A stretch of DNA of 63,999 nt, filler included, from Circinaria calcarea (taxonomy: Eukaryota): assembly GCA_051942165.1 (NCBI GenBank). It is 18 parts of 18 records of this genome, joined end to end, with 100 filler letters (N's around TTAATTAATTAA, not from the genome) between each part and the next. Parts side by side here need not be neighbours in the genome. Positions count along the whole stretch, not along the records: positions 1 to 3,490 come from JAVECS010002797.1; positions 3,591 to 7,080 come from JAVECS010002798.1; positions 7,181 to 10,668 come from JAVECS010002799.1; 15 more parts are not named here. One strand, given 5' to 3'. The notes under the pieces are model-generated. The model saw only the letters and a list, made by a program, of their open reading frames with translations. It was not told the origin of the DNA and did no database searches. Of the stretch, positions 1-10,768 are shown in pieces. The translations under genes and the position numbers were made by a program. Every line of letters begins with the position of its first letter. The stretch's first letter is position 1.

Positions 1-60
1 CGTAACGTCATACACATCTGTAAGCTTATAAACGTAACATAAATAAACCCTTATTTATTT
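1..60 (-). rRNA. rnl: Possible 5' tip of mitochondrial large-subunit rRNA
   Basis: Lies downstream of trnP, where rnl usually begins in Pezizomycotina mtDNA. The minus strand AAATAAGGGTTT...GATGTGTATGACGT loosely resembles LSU 5' ends. Too short to be sure. Confidence 0.3.
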
Positions 61-794
61 TTTTACTACTAATCTCCTTTAGTCCTTCCATCATAGTTAT
101 CTTTAGGTAAGAATTCTATTAACCTATAATCAAATTTTGAAGGATCAATAAGTAACTTATCCACTGGTTCTTGTTATTGTTTTCTTGGTTCTTTTTTTTC
201 ACCTCATTCTTTTTTTCTAACTTATAAAAAAAGACACATTCATACTCTGTTACAATATTAAAATATAAAACATGATTTTCTTTTCGCTTTAAATTTATTT
301 TTAAAAAGCAAATTTCTGCTTATCTTAAAAAGAAACATTTTTCTTTCTGTTTATTTTTTTTTAAGTATCTTATCAAATGTTACCTTGTGTCATATATTAC
401 TATGCCTTTTTTTTTTTGCTATAATCATAAATAACATCTCAAGACCGGAAGGTAGAGAAACGTTTTATTGCCATTGCCCGCACATTAAAAAAAAAAAAAT
501 TCCAAAACTTGAATAAAACCCTATGAAAAGAGCGTCCTTTTTTTTCATAGGACAGAAGTTACGTCGCTCTTTAAGAGCAACCTCTTAAAAAAAAAAAAAG
601 ACTTTTAAGTTCATTTAAAAGAAACCATCTTAAACTTTTTTATACAGTATATCCGGGTTAAAGACCGGCATACCTATTTTTTTAGGTAAGGGGAGAACTG
701 GAGAGGCAAAAGAGGGGGAAATAGGAAAGGCAAGGCAAGGAATGTATTATAGGTGAAAAAAAAAAAGTTAAATATAATTAATGTTTTCCACCTA

Positions 795-867
795 TCGGGC
801 TATTATGATTCGAACATAACAATTCCTCAACCCAAATGAGGCGCCTAACCAACCTGGCTCTAACCCG
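795..867 (-). tRNA. trnP: mt tRNA-Pro (UGG)
   Basis: Cloverleaf: acceptor CGGGTTA/TAGCCCG, anticodon arm CCTCA-TTTGGGT-TGAGG, GTTCGAATC T-loop. Confidence 0.93.
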
Positions 868-911
868 TAATCCATATATCTATTCTATTTAGCACAAAAT
901 AAAGTACAGGA

Positions 912-997
912 CAGAGAATATCCGATTTGAACGGATGTGATCTTTATAACCAAATAAGTTTCAAGCTTACCACCTTAAACCGCTCGGTCAATTCTCT
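912..997 (-). tRNA. trnS: mt tRNA-Ser (UGA)
   Basis: Acceptor AGAGAAT/ATTCTCT, anticodon loop CT-TGA-AA, long variable arm, GTTCAAATC. Confidence 0.92.
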
Positions 998-1119
998 TTT
1001 TTTTAGTATTATTCCCCACCACCATCAGAATCTGGTATATCAGGCATTTCACATTTCTGTCTTTCAAGTACATAATCAATTGTGGATTGCCGTGGTGTGG
1101 AGCTTTCGGCTAGTGTGGA

Positions 1120-1686
1120 TTATTGCGCATTGCTTGAACTTGCTACACAATGTTTATCTAGATATTGGACCAATTTTTGTTTAGCTTCCTTATTTTCCTC
1201 TTCACATATACTACGGTGGTCGCTAAGCTCTTTACTTACTTCTTTACTTATTTTTCTAACAAACCTATCAACCGCTGTAGCTGTAATTTCCCCCCTAAAA
1301 AAACGGCTATTAATTGCACTAATTTCAGTTCTTAAATCTTCTTCTACTTCCTTTTCATAGGAAGCTATATGAGTACCCCTAGTTTCAAAATGTCTTTTAG
1401 CGATTTCTTCAACTACTTTAGAATCCTTGGGAAAGTTTAATTTTTCCAAATCTTTTTGAATATTTTCAGAAACGTTTAGCTTATCGCTTTCAAAGACAGG
1501 ACTAGGTCTATTCAATCTACCTGGATCAATCTCCGGTACACTAGGTGTAGATTCACTTCATTTAGAAACTTCGGAAGAAACTTTTCTAGTAAAATTGAAT
1601 TCTACATGTTTATTACTGCTTGTATTGGAACGTAAACAGTTTCCATATAATTTTTTATTAATTTTATTCCTTTTTTTTTTATCCAT
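1120..1686 (-). CDS. Free-standing mitochondrial ORF, 188 aa in code 4, function unknown
   Basis: With TGA read as Trp, the 131-aa ORF extends upstream to ATG at 1686 (MDKKKRNKINKKLYG...). Hydrophilic; no LAGLIDADG or GIY-YIG motif seen. Confidence 0.55.
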
Positions 1687-2368
1687 ATATTTTAAAGCTT
1701 TCTAATGAATCGGGAAGTCTTCCCTGACAGGCCCCACCTTAGCACACTAATATCCTATGAATTTTATAACGCTAAGGGGATACCCACTATCTTTATAAAA
1801 GTGTATTTAAAGGTATTTAAATTTATATATCCTTTATAAGAAGAGTCCCTTTCAAGGATGCTTATAATTGCTTATATTTCCGTATAAGCTAGGTCCAGTA
1901 ATAAGACATTAAGTATCAGCCTAATTCACATTCTTTTATTATTATATATATACTAATAAGATCGCTTTAACTCAAGTTTAAAAAATAGAGGGAGCTCTCT
2001 AGTTTCTTAATCTAAGACAAGTCCGGTTTTTAACATATGTTAAAAACTTTGGGTTTATGTGATTTCCCTTGCAAAATCTACCCAATTAAGGCGAAAAAGC
2101 AAACGAACATCGATAATGTAAATAAGCAAAAAGGCTAAAATATAACATATCAAAGGCTGATACTTTCAATATATAATAAAAAAAGTAATCTAGAAAAAGG
2201 ATGACTAGTTAAGGTTTTATTACAGGAAAAGAAATATCCCTTAAACCTTAAATTTAAGAGATTACTCAACTTAATGAAGCCCTCCAAGATTTAATTTAAA
2301 TTTTAAAATCAAGGGGGTGCGTCGTACACCCAAGCCGCCCTACCCATAGTTGCGACATACTGACATTT

Positions 2369-2440
2369 TGATTCTTCCAAGATTCGAACTTGAATAACAT
2401 CCTTATCAAAAACGCACTTTACCTATTAAGTTAAAGAACC
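2369..2440 (-). tRNA. trnI: mt tRNA-Ile (GAU)
   Basis: Anticodon loop TT-GAT-AA, GTTCGAATC, acceptor GGTTCTT/AAGAATC. Confidence 0.9.
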
Positions 2441-2504
2441 CAGTAACGCTCAAAAAGATCTATCTTATCTCATAATTTATATTAATAAGTGTTTGAATTA
2501 TAAT

Positions 2505-2577
2505 CAAGAGCACTCAGGCTTGAACTGAAAACACGAAGTTTGAAGCTTCTCATTTTTTCCTATTAAACTATACTCTC
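2505..2577 (-). tRNA. trnW: mt tRNA-Trp (UCA)
   Basis: Anticodon loop CT-TCA-AA, which implies UGA=Trp (mold mitochondrial code). Confidence 0.9.
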
Positions 2578-2637
2578 GCTGTATATATTTAATATTGAAT
2601 ATATACTTTAGAGTTAGAAATAATAGTTTGATTGTTT

Positions 2638-2720
2638 CGGAAAAGAGATGATTCGAACATCTAGGTGTAATTCAACACAATATTTAGCAAATATCTCACT
2701 CTACCTATAGTAACTTTTCC
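2638..2720 (-). tRNA. trnS: mt tRNA-Ser (GCU)
   Basis: Acceptor GGAAAAG/CTTTTCC, anticodon loop TT-GCT-AA, long variable arm. Confidence 0.9.
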
Positions 2721-2739
2721 TTAGTTAATATTAAATATA

Positions 2740-2812
2740 CGAGCTAGACCGGCTTCGATCCGGCATCAATTTCCTCGACAAGGAGATTCTTTACCTATTA
2801 AGTTACTAGCTC
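2740..2812 (-). tRNA. trnD: mt tRNA-Asp (GUC)
   Basis: Acceptor GAGCTAG/CTAGCTC, anticodon loop TT-GTC-GA. Confidence 0.9.
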
Positions 2813-2817
2813 TACTA

Positions 2818-2889
2818 TATGGCCAGTCGAACTCGAATCGACACACATCGTTTGGAAGACGACTAGTCTGCCTATTAACTTATAGCCAT
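2818..2889 (-). tRNA. trnG: mt tRNA-Gly (UCC)
   Basis: Acceptor ATGGCTA/TGGCCAT, anticodon loop CT-TCC-AA. Confidence 0.9.
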
Positions 2890-2892
2890 TCT

Positions 2893-2952
2893 TAAAATAA
2901 AATAAAATAAAATAAAATAAAATAAAATAAAATAAAATAAAATAAAATAAAA
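2893..2952. repeat. (TAAAA)n microsatellite, about 12 copies
   Basis: Directly visible between trnG and trnM. Confidence 0.95.
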
Positions 2953-2976
2953 AGATGTTTATATAATGTAAAGTGA

Positions 2977-3049
2977 TCCCGGGAGAGAAATTCGAATTCT
3001 CATTCTTAATGCATGAAATTAATGTTCTAACCAATTAAACTATCCTGGC
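2977..3049 (-). tRNA. trnM: mt tRNA-Met (CAU), imperfect acceptor stem
   Basis: Anticodon arm TTAAT-TTCATGC-ATTAA, T arm GAGAA-TTCGAAT-TTCTC. Acceptor GCCAGGA/TCCCGGG has two mismatches. Confidence 0.75.
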
Positions 3050-3058
3050 TGTTAATTA

Positions 3059-3129
3059 AGTCTTACCCAGGATTCGAACTTGGATCTAAATATTAGAAGT
3101 ATTTCGCTCTACCTTTAAGCTAACAAGAG
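3059..3129 (-). tRNA. trnR: mt tRNA-Arg (UCU)
   Basis: Anticodon arm AAATA-CTTCTAA-TATTT, GTTCGAATC; 1:72 mismatch. Confidence 0.82.
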
Positions 3130-3182
3130 CAGAGCAGAGCAGAATAGAACAGAACAGAGCAGAGCAGAGCAGAGCAGAGCAG
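3126..3182. repeat. (AGAGC)n/(AGAAC)n pentamer repeat
   Basis: About 11 pentamer units abutting the trnR 5' end. Confidence 0.9.
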
Positions 3183-3193
3183 TATAATACGCT

Positions 3194-3278
3194 TAGGAAG
3201 AAAAGGATTCGAACCTTCGTCAGCAAAAAGCTATTGAGTTTACAGCCCAACCCGCAAACCAACAAACGGACCCTTCCT
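3194..3278 (-). tRNA. trnY: mt tRNA-Tyr (GUA)
   Basis: Acceptor AGGAAGG/TCTTCCT, anticodon loop CT-GTA-AA, long variable arm. Confidence 0.92.
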
Positions 3279-3351
3279 TAAGACCTATGGGATTTGAACC
3301 CACATTATAACGATTAAAAGTCGCATGTTTTACCTATTAAACTAAAGTCTC
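3279..3351 (-). tRNA. trnK: mt tRNA-Lys (UUU)
   Basis: Anticodon loop CT-TTT-AA, GGTTCAAATCC. Confidence 0.92.
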
Positions 3352-3353
3352 TC

Positions 3354-3395
3354 TTTTTTATTTAGTAGCCGGCTAGCCGGCTACTAAATAAAAAA
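3354..3395. repeat. Perfect 42-bp palindrome
   Basis: TTTTTTATTTAGTAGCCGGCTAGCCGGCTACTAAATAAAAAA equals its own reverse complement. Confidence 0.95.
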
Positions 3396-3490
3396 TTAAT
3401 TTTTTTGTTTAATAGTTATTACTATTGATCCTACCATTGCTAATAATAAGATTAGAGATGTTATTAATAATCAAATAGAATATGTTGTAT
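3396..3490 (-). CDS. nad6: NADH dehydrogenase subunit 6, C-terminal fragment
   Basis: Translates in code 4 as TTYSIWLLITSLILLLAMVGSIVITIKQKN*, the typical Nad6 C-terminus. Confidence 0.9.
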
Positions 3491-3590
3491 NNNNNNNNNN
3501 NNNNNNNNNNNNNNNNNNNNNNNNNNNNNNNNNNTTAATTAATTAANNNNNNNNNNNNNNNNNNNNNNNNNNNNNNNNNNNNNNNNNNNN
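3491..3590. other. Artificial contig spacer (first of 17)
   Basis: N44-TTAATTAATTAA-N44, a six-frame stop linker. Same spacer starts at 7081, 10669, 14255, 17835, 21414, 24993, 28571, 32147, 35722, 39297, 42869, 46437, 50004, 53569, 57134 and 60698. Confidence 0.98.
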
Positions 3591-3729
3591 GAAGGTGTTG
3601 GAGGAGTGAGGCTGTGGAGGTGTGGAGGGCTGGGATGGATGGGAGGGTGTTTTTATGGGGATCGGACAGGACGGTGTCGGCTTTCTCCCGTAGACGACGG
3701 AGGGATTCGAGGCTGCCGTTTGATTCCAT
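3591..3729 (-). CDS. N-terminal fragment, possibly a PLP-dependent decarboxylase family protein
   Basis: ATG-started ORF running off the contig end, divergent from the iminopeptidase. Family call is a weak resemblance only. Confidence 0.3.
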
Positions 3730-4239
3730 TGCTAGTGACTAGTAGTATAAAATAGTATATGTCTGTAAAGAAGAGGTTATAGATATGCGGTCCAGGCGGA
3801 TAAGTATCTCAAGGTGGTTATTAGAAAACAACAATATGACCGTGGGGGAACCCCTCGTGGGATTACATTTCATCTATGGCTATTACATGTCGCATGTATT
3901 GAGGTTGGTTAAGACGCTTGACCTGTCGGTTGAGTAATCCGTACAGTGCGAGCCAACCCGTTTAGAAACTGTAGTGGCCCATTGGCCCTCAAGATTTGTG
4001 GTGGTAGAAAAGGGCAGCATTACAGAGAGAGCACTCCATGTTCAAAAGCAAATGCGCAATATAGCTATGAAGTATATATATATAATCTATCAAAATGTTA
4101 TGAAATACGTAATACTGTGGAATTGCTGTGTATGTATGCTATGTACAGTAACAGAGTGTGCTCTATGATTACAAGTACAAGCATCTACCCAGGCGAGGGC
4201 CATAGTGCTGGCAAAGGGCTGCCGTTACCAACTGCAACC

Positions 4240-6348
4240 ATGTCTATGGCCAAATTGCTCGAACAGAGATCACACATTATCCCAGGTTAGCATGACGGTC
4301 AAATGGTGAATCAGTTGTTCTGAACAGTAAATCACCAGGAAAGCTCAAAGTTTCGGAGTTGTTCTTCGAAGTCCCCAAGGACCACTCCAAACCCGAAGAT
4401 GGTTTGCTTCGTCTGTTCGCTCGAAGTGTCGAACGTGTAGAGAAGCCGGTAGACCCTGCAAAGGAGGAAGTGAAGCGATTGCCATGGTGTAAGCAGCAGT
4501 GAAGGAGCTATTTCAAAGGTCCAGCTGTTGGTCTAACTCGATTCCAGTCCTCTATCTTCAAGGCATTACACACCCAGATCCTATCATTTCTGTAACTAAC
4601 TCTGTTCAGGTGGCCCTGGAATGCCATGTCGACCGCCACAGAACTGTGCCTGGGTCAATCCTATCCTCGAAAAAGGCTATCAGGTAGCTTCGGCTTTGGT
4701 AAAATTTTCATACCGCGTGCACTGACCGTCACAGGTGCTTTTCTTGGATCAGCGTGGTAGGCTTGTCCTCACTACAAACTTCCCTTTGCCAACTTGTACT
4801 CTTTGCTAATCTCCTTACCTCCCTTGATAGGCGCTGGTCTTAGTACGACGATTACCGCCCAAACACTCGCCAAGCATGGGGGAGCCAAAGAGCAAGCGGC
4901 TTATCTGAAGAACTTCCGTGCAGACAGTATTGGTAGGTTGAGAGACGTTTTTAGAGTCCGAGTCTCTTCTACGAGTACATGTACCTTACCGATACATCAT
5001 AGTCAAGGATTGCGAAGCCATTCGTAAGACCCTAACCCAAGATTACCCGGAAAACAAGAAGAAATGGACTATCATGGGCCAGAGCTTTGGAGGCTTCTGT
5101 TGCCTGAATTATTTGTCAAGATTGTGAGTCCTCAAATATAGCTGTCGCTAAACTGTAGCTGAAAAACGCTCTAGCCCCGAAGGCCTCCAAGAAGGTAGAT
5201 AGATGTTTATCCAGTCTCCCCGTTTTCCTACCCAGCTTGTACTAACGGCTCTGTACAGTCTTTATAGTTGGAGGCCTGGCGCCGTTGGTACGTCAACCTG
5301 ATGCATTATACGTTAAGCTGCTCAGTAAGTAGAATCCCTCAGTCCGTGTCTTTTCCTGGCTTATAAAATGTAGAGAAAGTCGCCGAAAGGAGTAGGAAGT
5401 ATTACGAAAAGTACCCCGAAGACGTCAAGAGGGTCCATGACATAGCCCAGTACCTTGCTAAAGAAAGTGTCAAACTGCCATCAGGCACCAAGCTTAATCC
5501 CATGCACTTAAGACAACTAGGAATGTACTTTGGGGGACACGGCAAGTTTCTGGTATATAAAGGTTATGTGATCGTTGCTGACATGGAGAAGGAGGGATGG
5601 ATATGGTGCATGGTTGGTGGCAACATTCCCCTGAATCAACTGGTCCTAATAACGTTAATATAGATATGGTGTTACGTTTTATCAATGACTTGTTCATGTT
5701 TGGGGAGTTTACCAGGCCTACGCTTGATGCATTTGAGGCGATGTTCTCATTCAATATCTCCATTCTCTATGCAATCCTGCATGAACCCTGCTACCTTCAA
5801 GGGTAAACACTAGACCAAGGTCGTCCAACCGGAGGATCATCACTGATTGAGGATTGCAGTGCGGCCAGTAATTGGTCAGCTGAGCGCATGATGGCACAAC
5901 TCCCTGAGTTCCAGTACAGCGGTGAAGACCGCAGCAAGCCGATTTTCTTCACGGCAGAGATGGTCGGCACCCCTTTTCTAACCATATCGCCTTGCTAATT
6001 TAACTGTCTCCTCTCTTATCCGCTAACCATCTCTAGATCTTAAAAGACATGTACACCACCTACGACGAGCTGGTTCCCCTGCGCGAAACTGCCGAACTCC
6101 TAGCTCAAGATGCCGACTGGCCAGACCTGTACGATGAGGCTGTGCTTGCAGAAAACGAAGTTCCAGTGTACGCCGCTACGTACTATGATGACCTCTATGT
6201 AGATTTCGAATATGCGCAGGAGACAGCTGCCAGGATCAAGGGGTGCAAGCAATATATTACGAACGCAATGTATCACAATGCATTAGGGACTAAGGCGGAA
6301 GAGGTGGTCAAGCAGTTGTTTGCGTTGAGGGATGATGTTATTGATTGA
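4240..6348 (+). CDS. Proline iminopeptidase (alpha/beta hydrolase, S33), 14 exons
   Basis: Spliced product contains LYLQGGPG, LDQRGAG, FRADSI, the GQSFGG nucleophile elbow, YAILHE, DDLYVD and MYHNAL. Confidence 0.92.
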
Positions 6349-7180
6349 GTGGTTCTTTTGTAGGTGATAGGAGGTAGGAAGGTAGGATTCAGTTAGAAAA
6401 CGTTTGCTAGAGTAGTAAAGTGATATACGTTCCTCTCCACTAACCGCTCATTGACCTCCACCGGGGTACCTTTAAGCCCCCCATAGCTGCTCCTTGCCAA
6501 CTTGTACTTTCAATCCCCGCAACGCTTATTCGTCGCCACCACAATCCTCATAAAGTGCGTGCCATGCATGCAAGTCTCATCCAGGCCAAATGTGTCCAAT
6601 TCGAAACTTACGACAGGTGTGAACGTTCCCTCCCGGACAGATCGTGCAATATATATGCATTGCTGGGCCTCTGACGTTGTTCAGAACAAACCAAAAGAAC
6701 AGCATTTAAGATATCTTATAAGACGGCCGTGGGGTGTCAACTTACGACTATATCTCATACAAAGGCACCCACACAACCCCGATCTCCTTTCTCCATCATC
6801 CCGATCTCAATAGCAAAATTGTTCTTCGAATTTAAATGGTAAAATCAATAATCTCCAAATCTTGCCCCAAACGCCCAAACTCTATTCCTTGCCATCTTTC
6901 GAGCCCAGATCCCCACAGGCCCTTCCCCAGAAAGTCGAGAATCTCTCCATCCCCGCTACCGACTGCCGACTGCCGACTGCCGCTTCGGGTACACTCCCTA
7001 TCTCTTGTTCCCGGTTTTTAACGGGTTTAGGGTTTAGGGGGTTTGGATATTAACCCGCTTTTTCGAACTTGGGGGAGGGGNNNNNNNNNNNNNNNNNNNN
7101 NNNNNNNNNNNNNNNNNNNNNNNNTTAATTAATTAANNNNNNNNNNNNNNNNNNNNNNNNNNNNNNNNNNNNNNNNNNNN

Positions 7181-7671
7181 CCGCTGGCGTCTTGAACGTT
7201 GATGTGGAGGTCCTGGCATTTCATCGCGACGACGGCGTCTAGGTTAATCTGCAGGGTATGAGAAACGCCCTTTTCGACGCTAAATTGCTGCGATTCATGG
7301 CCGCCATACCAGCGGCGAAACTCGGTGAAAGATAGGATGGTAGAGAAGATGATGAGGATGAGGGTGGTGTAACCTCCGGTAGAACTGCGCCGGGTATAGG
7401 TGGCTTTCGTCTTGGCTATAGCGGAGAGTTAGCTGAGGTGTTCTCGATTGTGTCCTCGAATTTGTCGAGTCGTGTTTGCGATTGGACGGTAGGTATTTCC
7501 AAGCCGATTTTTTTCAACCAATACATAGACCTTCCTGGGTTCTTAAGAGGGTATAAGATTAGAGCAAGCATCAAACTCACGAAAGGCGTCAAATGTTCTT
7601 AATCCCTTGGTGAAGCCCCCTTTCTCTCCGAAAGTGGCCTCGTCAAGGCCATGGTTTGGGAAGCCGTTCAT
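7181..7671 (-). CDS. ERV41: ER-Golgi vesicle protein Erv41 (ERGIC family), 5' part
   Basis: MNGFPNHGLDE...LRTFDAF/PKTKATY...QINLDAVVAMKCQDLHINVQDASG, one intron, truncated by the spacer. Confidence 0.85.
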
Positions 7672-8241
7672 AAGGAAACGCTGTAGGAATCATCTAAGAT
7701 ACCGGTGGGTGACTGCAGCAGTACTGCGCGTTATCATTCAGTTGCACAAGGGACAGAATTAAGACTATCAAGCAATTGTCCCAAAGAGGACAGCTATGCG
7801 CGTGCAGGGATGAGCGATAGGGGTTGATCACTTCGCCGTCAGCCCTATCGCGGGGGCACCGTACTATAGCCACCGAACTTGGTGAGGTTGAGTGTCTGGT
7901 AGGTCATAATACATGGACTTTGGAATCTATCACTAGATCAAGATTTTGCTGAGTCTAGCTGGAATGTACAGACACAGAATATTGGTCATACAAAGTTTCC
8001 AATCATCAGGATATGTACATTCGGAAACTAGCGTACACAAATCTCAAAAGGTTTGGATTTGAAGCATGGCACACGTAGAACTCCCGTCGTATCAAACGAA
8101 TCTAAAGACGACCAGAGAAAGTCTCTGAAGCATCTAAAAAATGTAGTAGAAGTAGAAGCAAAAGTATTTGCAGAACCCGCTCTGCACATAATCCCCAGCA
8201 CCTGGCTCTCCATTCCAAAGCAATTCTCATGCGGTGCACAT

Positions 8242-10363
8242 CTAAAAGGATGCACCTGCATTCTGAATATGACGTTGCACGTGTGCACGTCTCCTAATCC
8301 TCGAAGCGGCCTTGCCCGATTTGAAGAGACTCATTCTTCCGGGTCCACCGCAGGTCTCCTTCGCATTCCCTTCGCAAGGAGTACTGCAGTCTGTGTCGGG
8401 TTTCTTTTCACTCCTTTCCAACTTGTTCCCGCAGAAGCATTGCCCACCATTCTCGGTGCCGGCAATAGAGAATCCCTGGGCAGCACAGTACTTGGCGCAG
8501 CCCGAAGAAGTCATCTTTTCACCCCACCAAGCAAACTTAATGCCGCTGAGTGATCGAGGAGAAACAGCGTCGGAAACACAACCTGCTGAGGCCCAGCCGG
8601 ATGGCAGTGTTACGCTGGACCCCGGGGCAGACGGCGCCGAGGCCACGGCAGCTGCTGATGTAGTGGCGGCCATGGAAACTGTAGTTTGGACAACCGCGTT
8701 TTTGGTCATACTTGCTGCTGAGCTCACTGAGATGCTCATAGTGGAGGCTACGGAAGCCGCCGCTGTAGACGATTGAGCGACAACAGAGGCTGAATTGGGT
8801 GCCATGACTGGATCAGGGTTTGATACAACAGCAGCGGATACCGACCCAAACTGGGCATTTTTGCAAGTACTGCCGCACTTGGAGTAAAGAGACAACGCGT
8901 TGGCATTTCCGCAGATTTGACCGCTGTTTCCTGCGCATTTCTGGGTACATGCGCCAATGACACCGGGGATGGGAGTTGCTCGAGAAGGGAGCGTGTTGCC
9001 GCAAAAGCACTGGGAGCCAAACTCAAGACCGGCGTAGGTGTATCCCTTACCACCGCACAGGCCCATGCACATATCGACGGTCATGCTTGGGTCGTCCTTG
9101 ATAAGCTCTGAGAGGGCTTGGTTTCCGTAAGTATCTGTCCCGCAACCAAGGTATTGCCAGCCAATCTTCGTCATGTCCGCGAAGATATTGGATGTAACCT
9201 GACCTAAGGTGGTGGTAGAAGTACATCCCGGGACTTTTCCGCTGCCTACGGCATTGCAACCAGGAAGAATGGCAAGAGTTCCAGTGACCTGCTCATCGAT
9301 CATAGGCGGGACCTTGCATTGTTCACCCATGATTGCTGGTTTTGAGAAGATACCCATGAATTCCATGTTGTTAACATTACCAAAGTCTTCGGTTGTGAAC
9401 TTGTCGACGCCGTTTTGCAGGGTAGCTTCATCCCACCCATTTAACTAACAAGGGAAAGTCATTAGCAAGCCAGAACTTCGTATTAATGGAGCGGATACAT
9501 ACAAAGTCTCCGTGGAAGCCGTAACCTGTAGTATCCCCCATGGAATAGACAAAGGGTTGTTCAGAACCGTGCCATTGGTTTGCAAAATCCCCAGTGCCGA
9601 AGATGAATTCATAGAAGATGGAAATCATAGGGACAGGATGGCTGTCAGGGCAAACTCCGCTATCGTAACGGTCACCAAGAGGATATGACATATGGTCTTG
9701 ATGATTTGCGGAATCAAGGTTGACTCCATCCCAGCACGATGGAAAGTAGATTTGTGAGCGAACGCCGTCTGGACAGTTGACAGGCGGTAAGGCTGGGCCT
9801 TCTGGGTAATTGCCGTTGAGACAGACGTGGGAAATGGCCTTGTGTGCTGACAGTTTAGGGTCGAAAGTGCGGCGAGTTGGATTACCAGCGGTCATACGAA
9901 GCCCTGGAGGGAAGGCTCGGCGTTTCTTATCTCCATTGACGCCTTTGTAGGTCGATCCTGCCGTAACACGCTGTCTGTAGGTTCTCAGTATCGCTGTGCA
10001 GCAGTTTGCTTGGAGCTATGCTTACTGGTAATAGACTGTACCACCGTTCACGTTCACGCTGGTGAACTTTCCATCGGCACCGCGGTAGTAAAGTGTTGGC
10101 ACCCAGTAGTTGGAGAAATCTTTGTCAATGGAGCAAGAGGTGCAGGTTGATTTTTGGGTGGACGCATAGTCCATAGTGGGCGCGAAGGCGTTGCCACCGA
10201 GAACGATATGGCTGTGTCCTGAGGGCTTACCCGGGTCAACGATAGGATCCAAACGCTCCGTGACAAGAGTTCCGGGACAACTCATCCTCCAGTATGCGTC
10301 CACAGGAGCAGCAAGAGAGGACAGTAGGCCCACGGCCAAGGCGCCAAATTGTTTGAAATGCAT
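8242..10363 (-). CDS. Secreted DUF1996 plus two WSC domain protein
   Basis: Signal peptide, ERLDPIV...SNYWVPTLY, FPSCWDG, YGFHGDF; two WSC repeats (GLEFGSQCFCGN, GTENGGQCFCGN) separated by an S/T/A-rich linker; two introns. Confidence 0.9.
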
Positions 10364-10768
10364 CTTCACTGGTGAGTGATAGTCGAGCGGGAAAGTGACA
10401 GTGATTGCTCAGATTTCAAATCTGGGCTGTTGATGCTGTAAAAGATCGAGGAAAATGCGGCGAGTGGGCGCGCAGATATTCAAAGGAGAGTGGGTGCGAA
10501 CGTATGTAATGAGCGATGGTAATGAGTGTCTAGAGTCACAGACTCCAAGGTAAAGAGCGTGCAAGGTAGCTAGCTGCGTGAAGCCAGGTCAAGGTAAGCA
10601 ACAGAGGTGAAAGAACAAAATGAACGTGGATGAGGGGGCGAGTGTTGATCAAGTACCCGAGCGTTGCGNNNNNNNNNNNNNNNNNNNNNNNNNNNNNNNN
10701 NNNNNNNNNNNNTTAATTAATTAANNNNNNNNNNNNNNNNNNNNNNNNNNNNNNNNNNNNNNNNNNNN

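Noticed and set aside
2798..3034. 78-aa ORF with ILFYF repeats
   Set aside because: It overlaps tRNA genes and the (TAAAA)n microsatellite.
3535..3546. Regularly spaced TTAATTAATTAA repeats as a biological array or CRISPR
   Set aside because: Each copy is embedded in N runs; it is an assembly linker.
7024..7040. TTTAGGG telomere-like repeats near a contig end
   Set aside because: Only about two copies, in a low-complexity tail.
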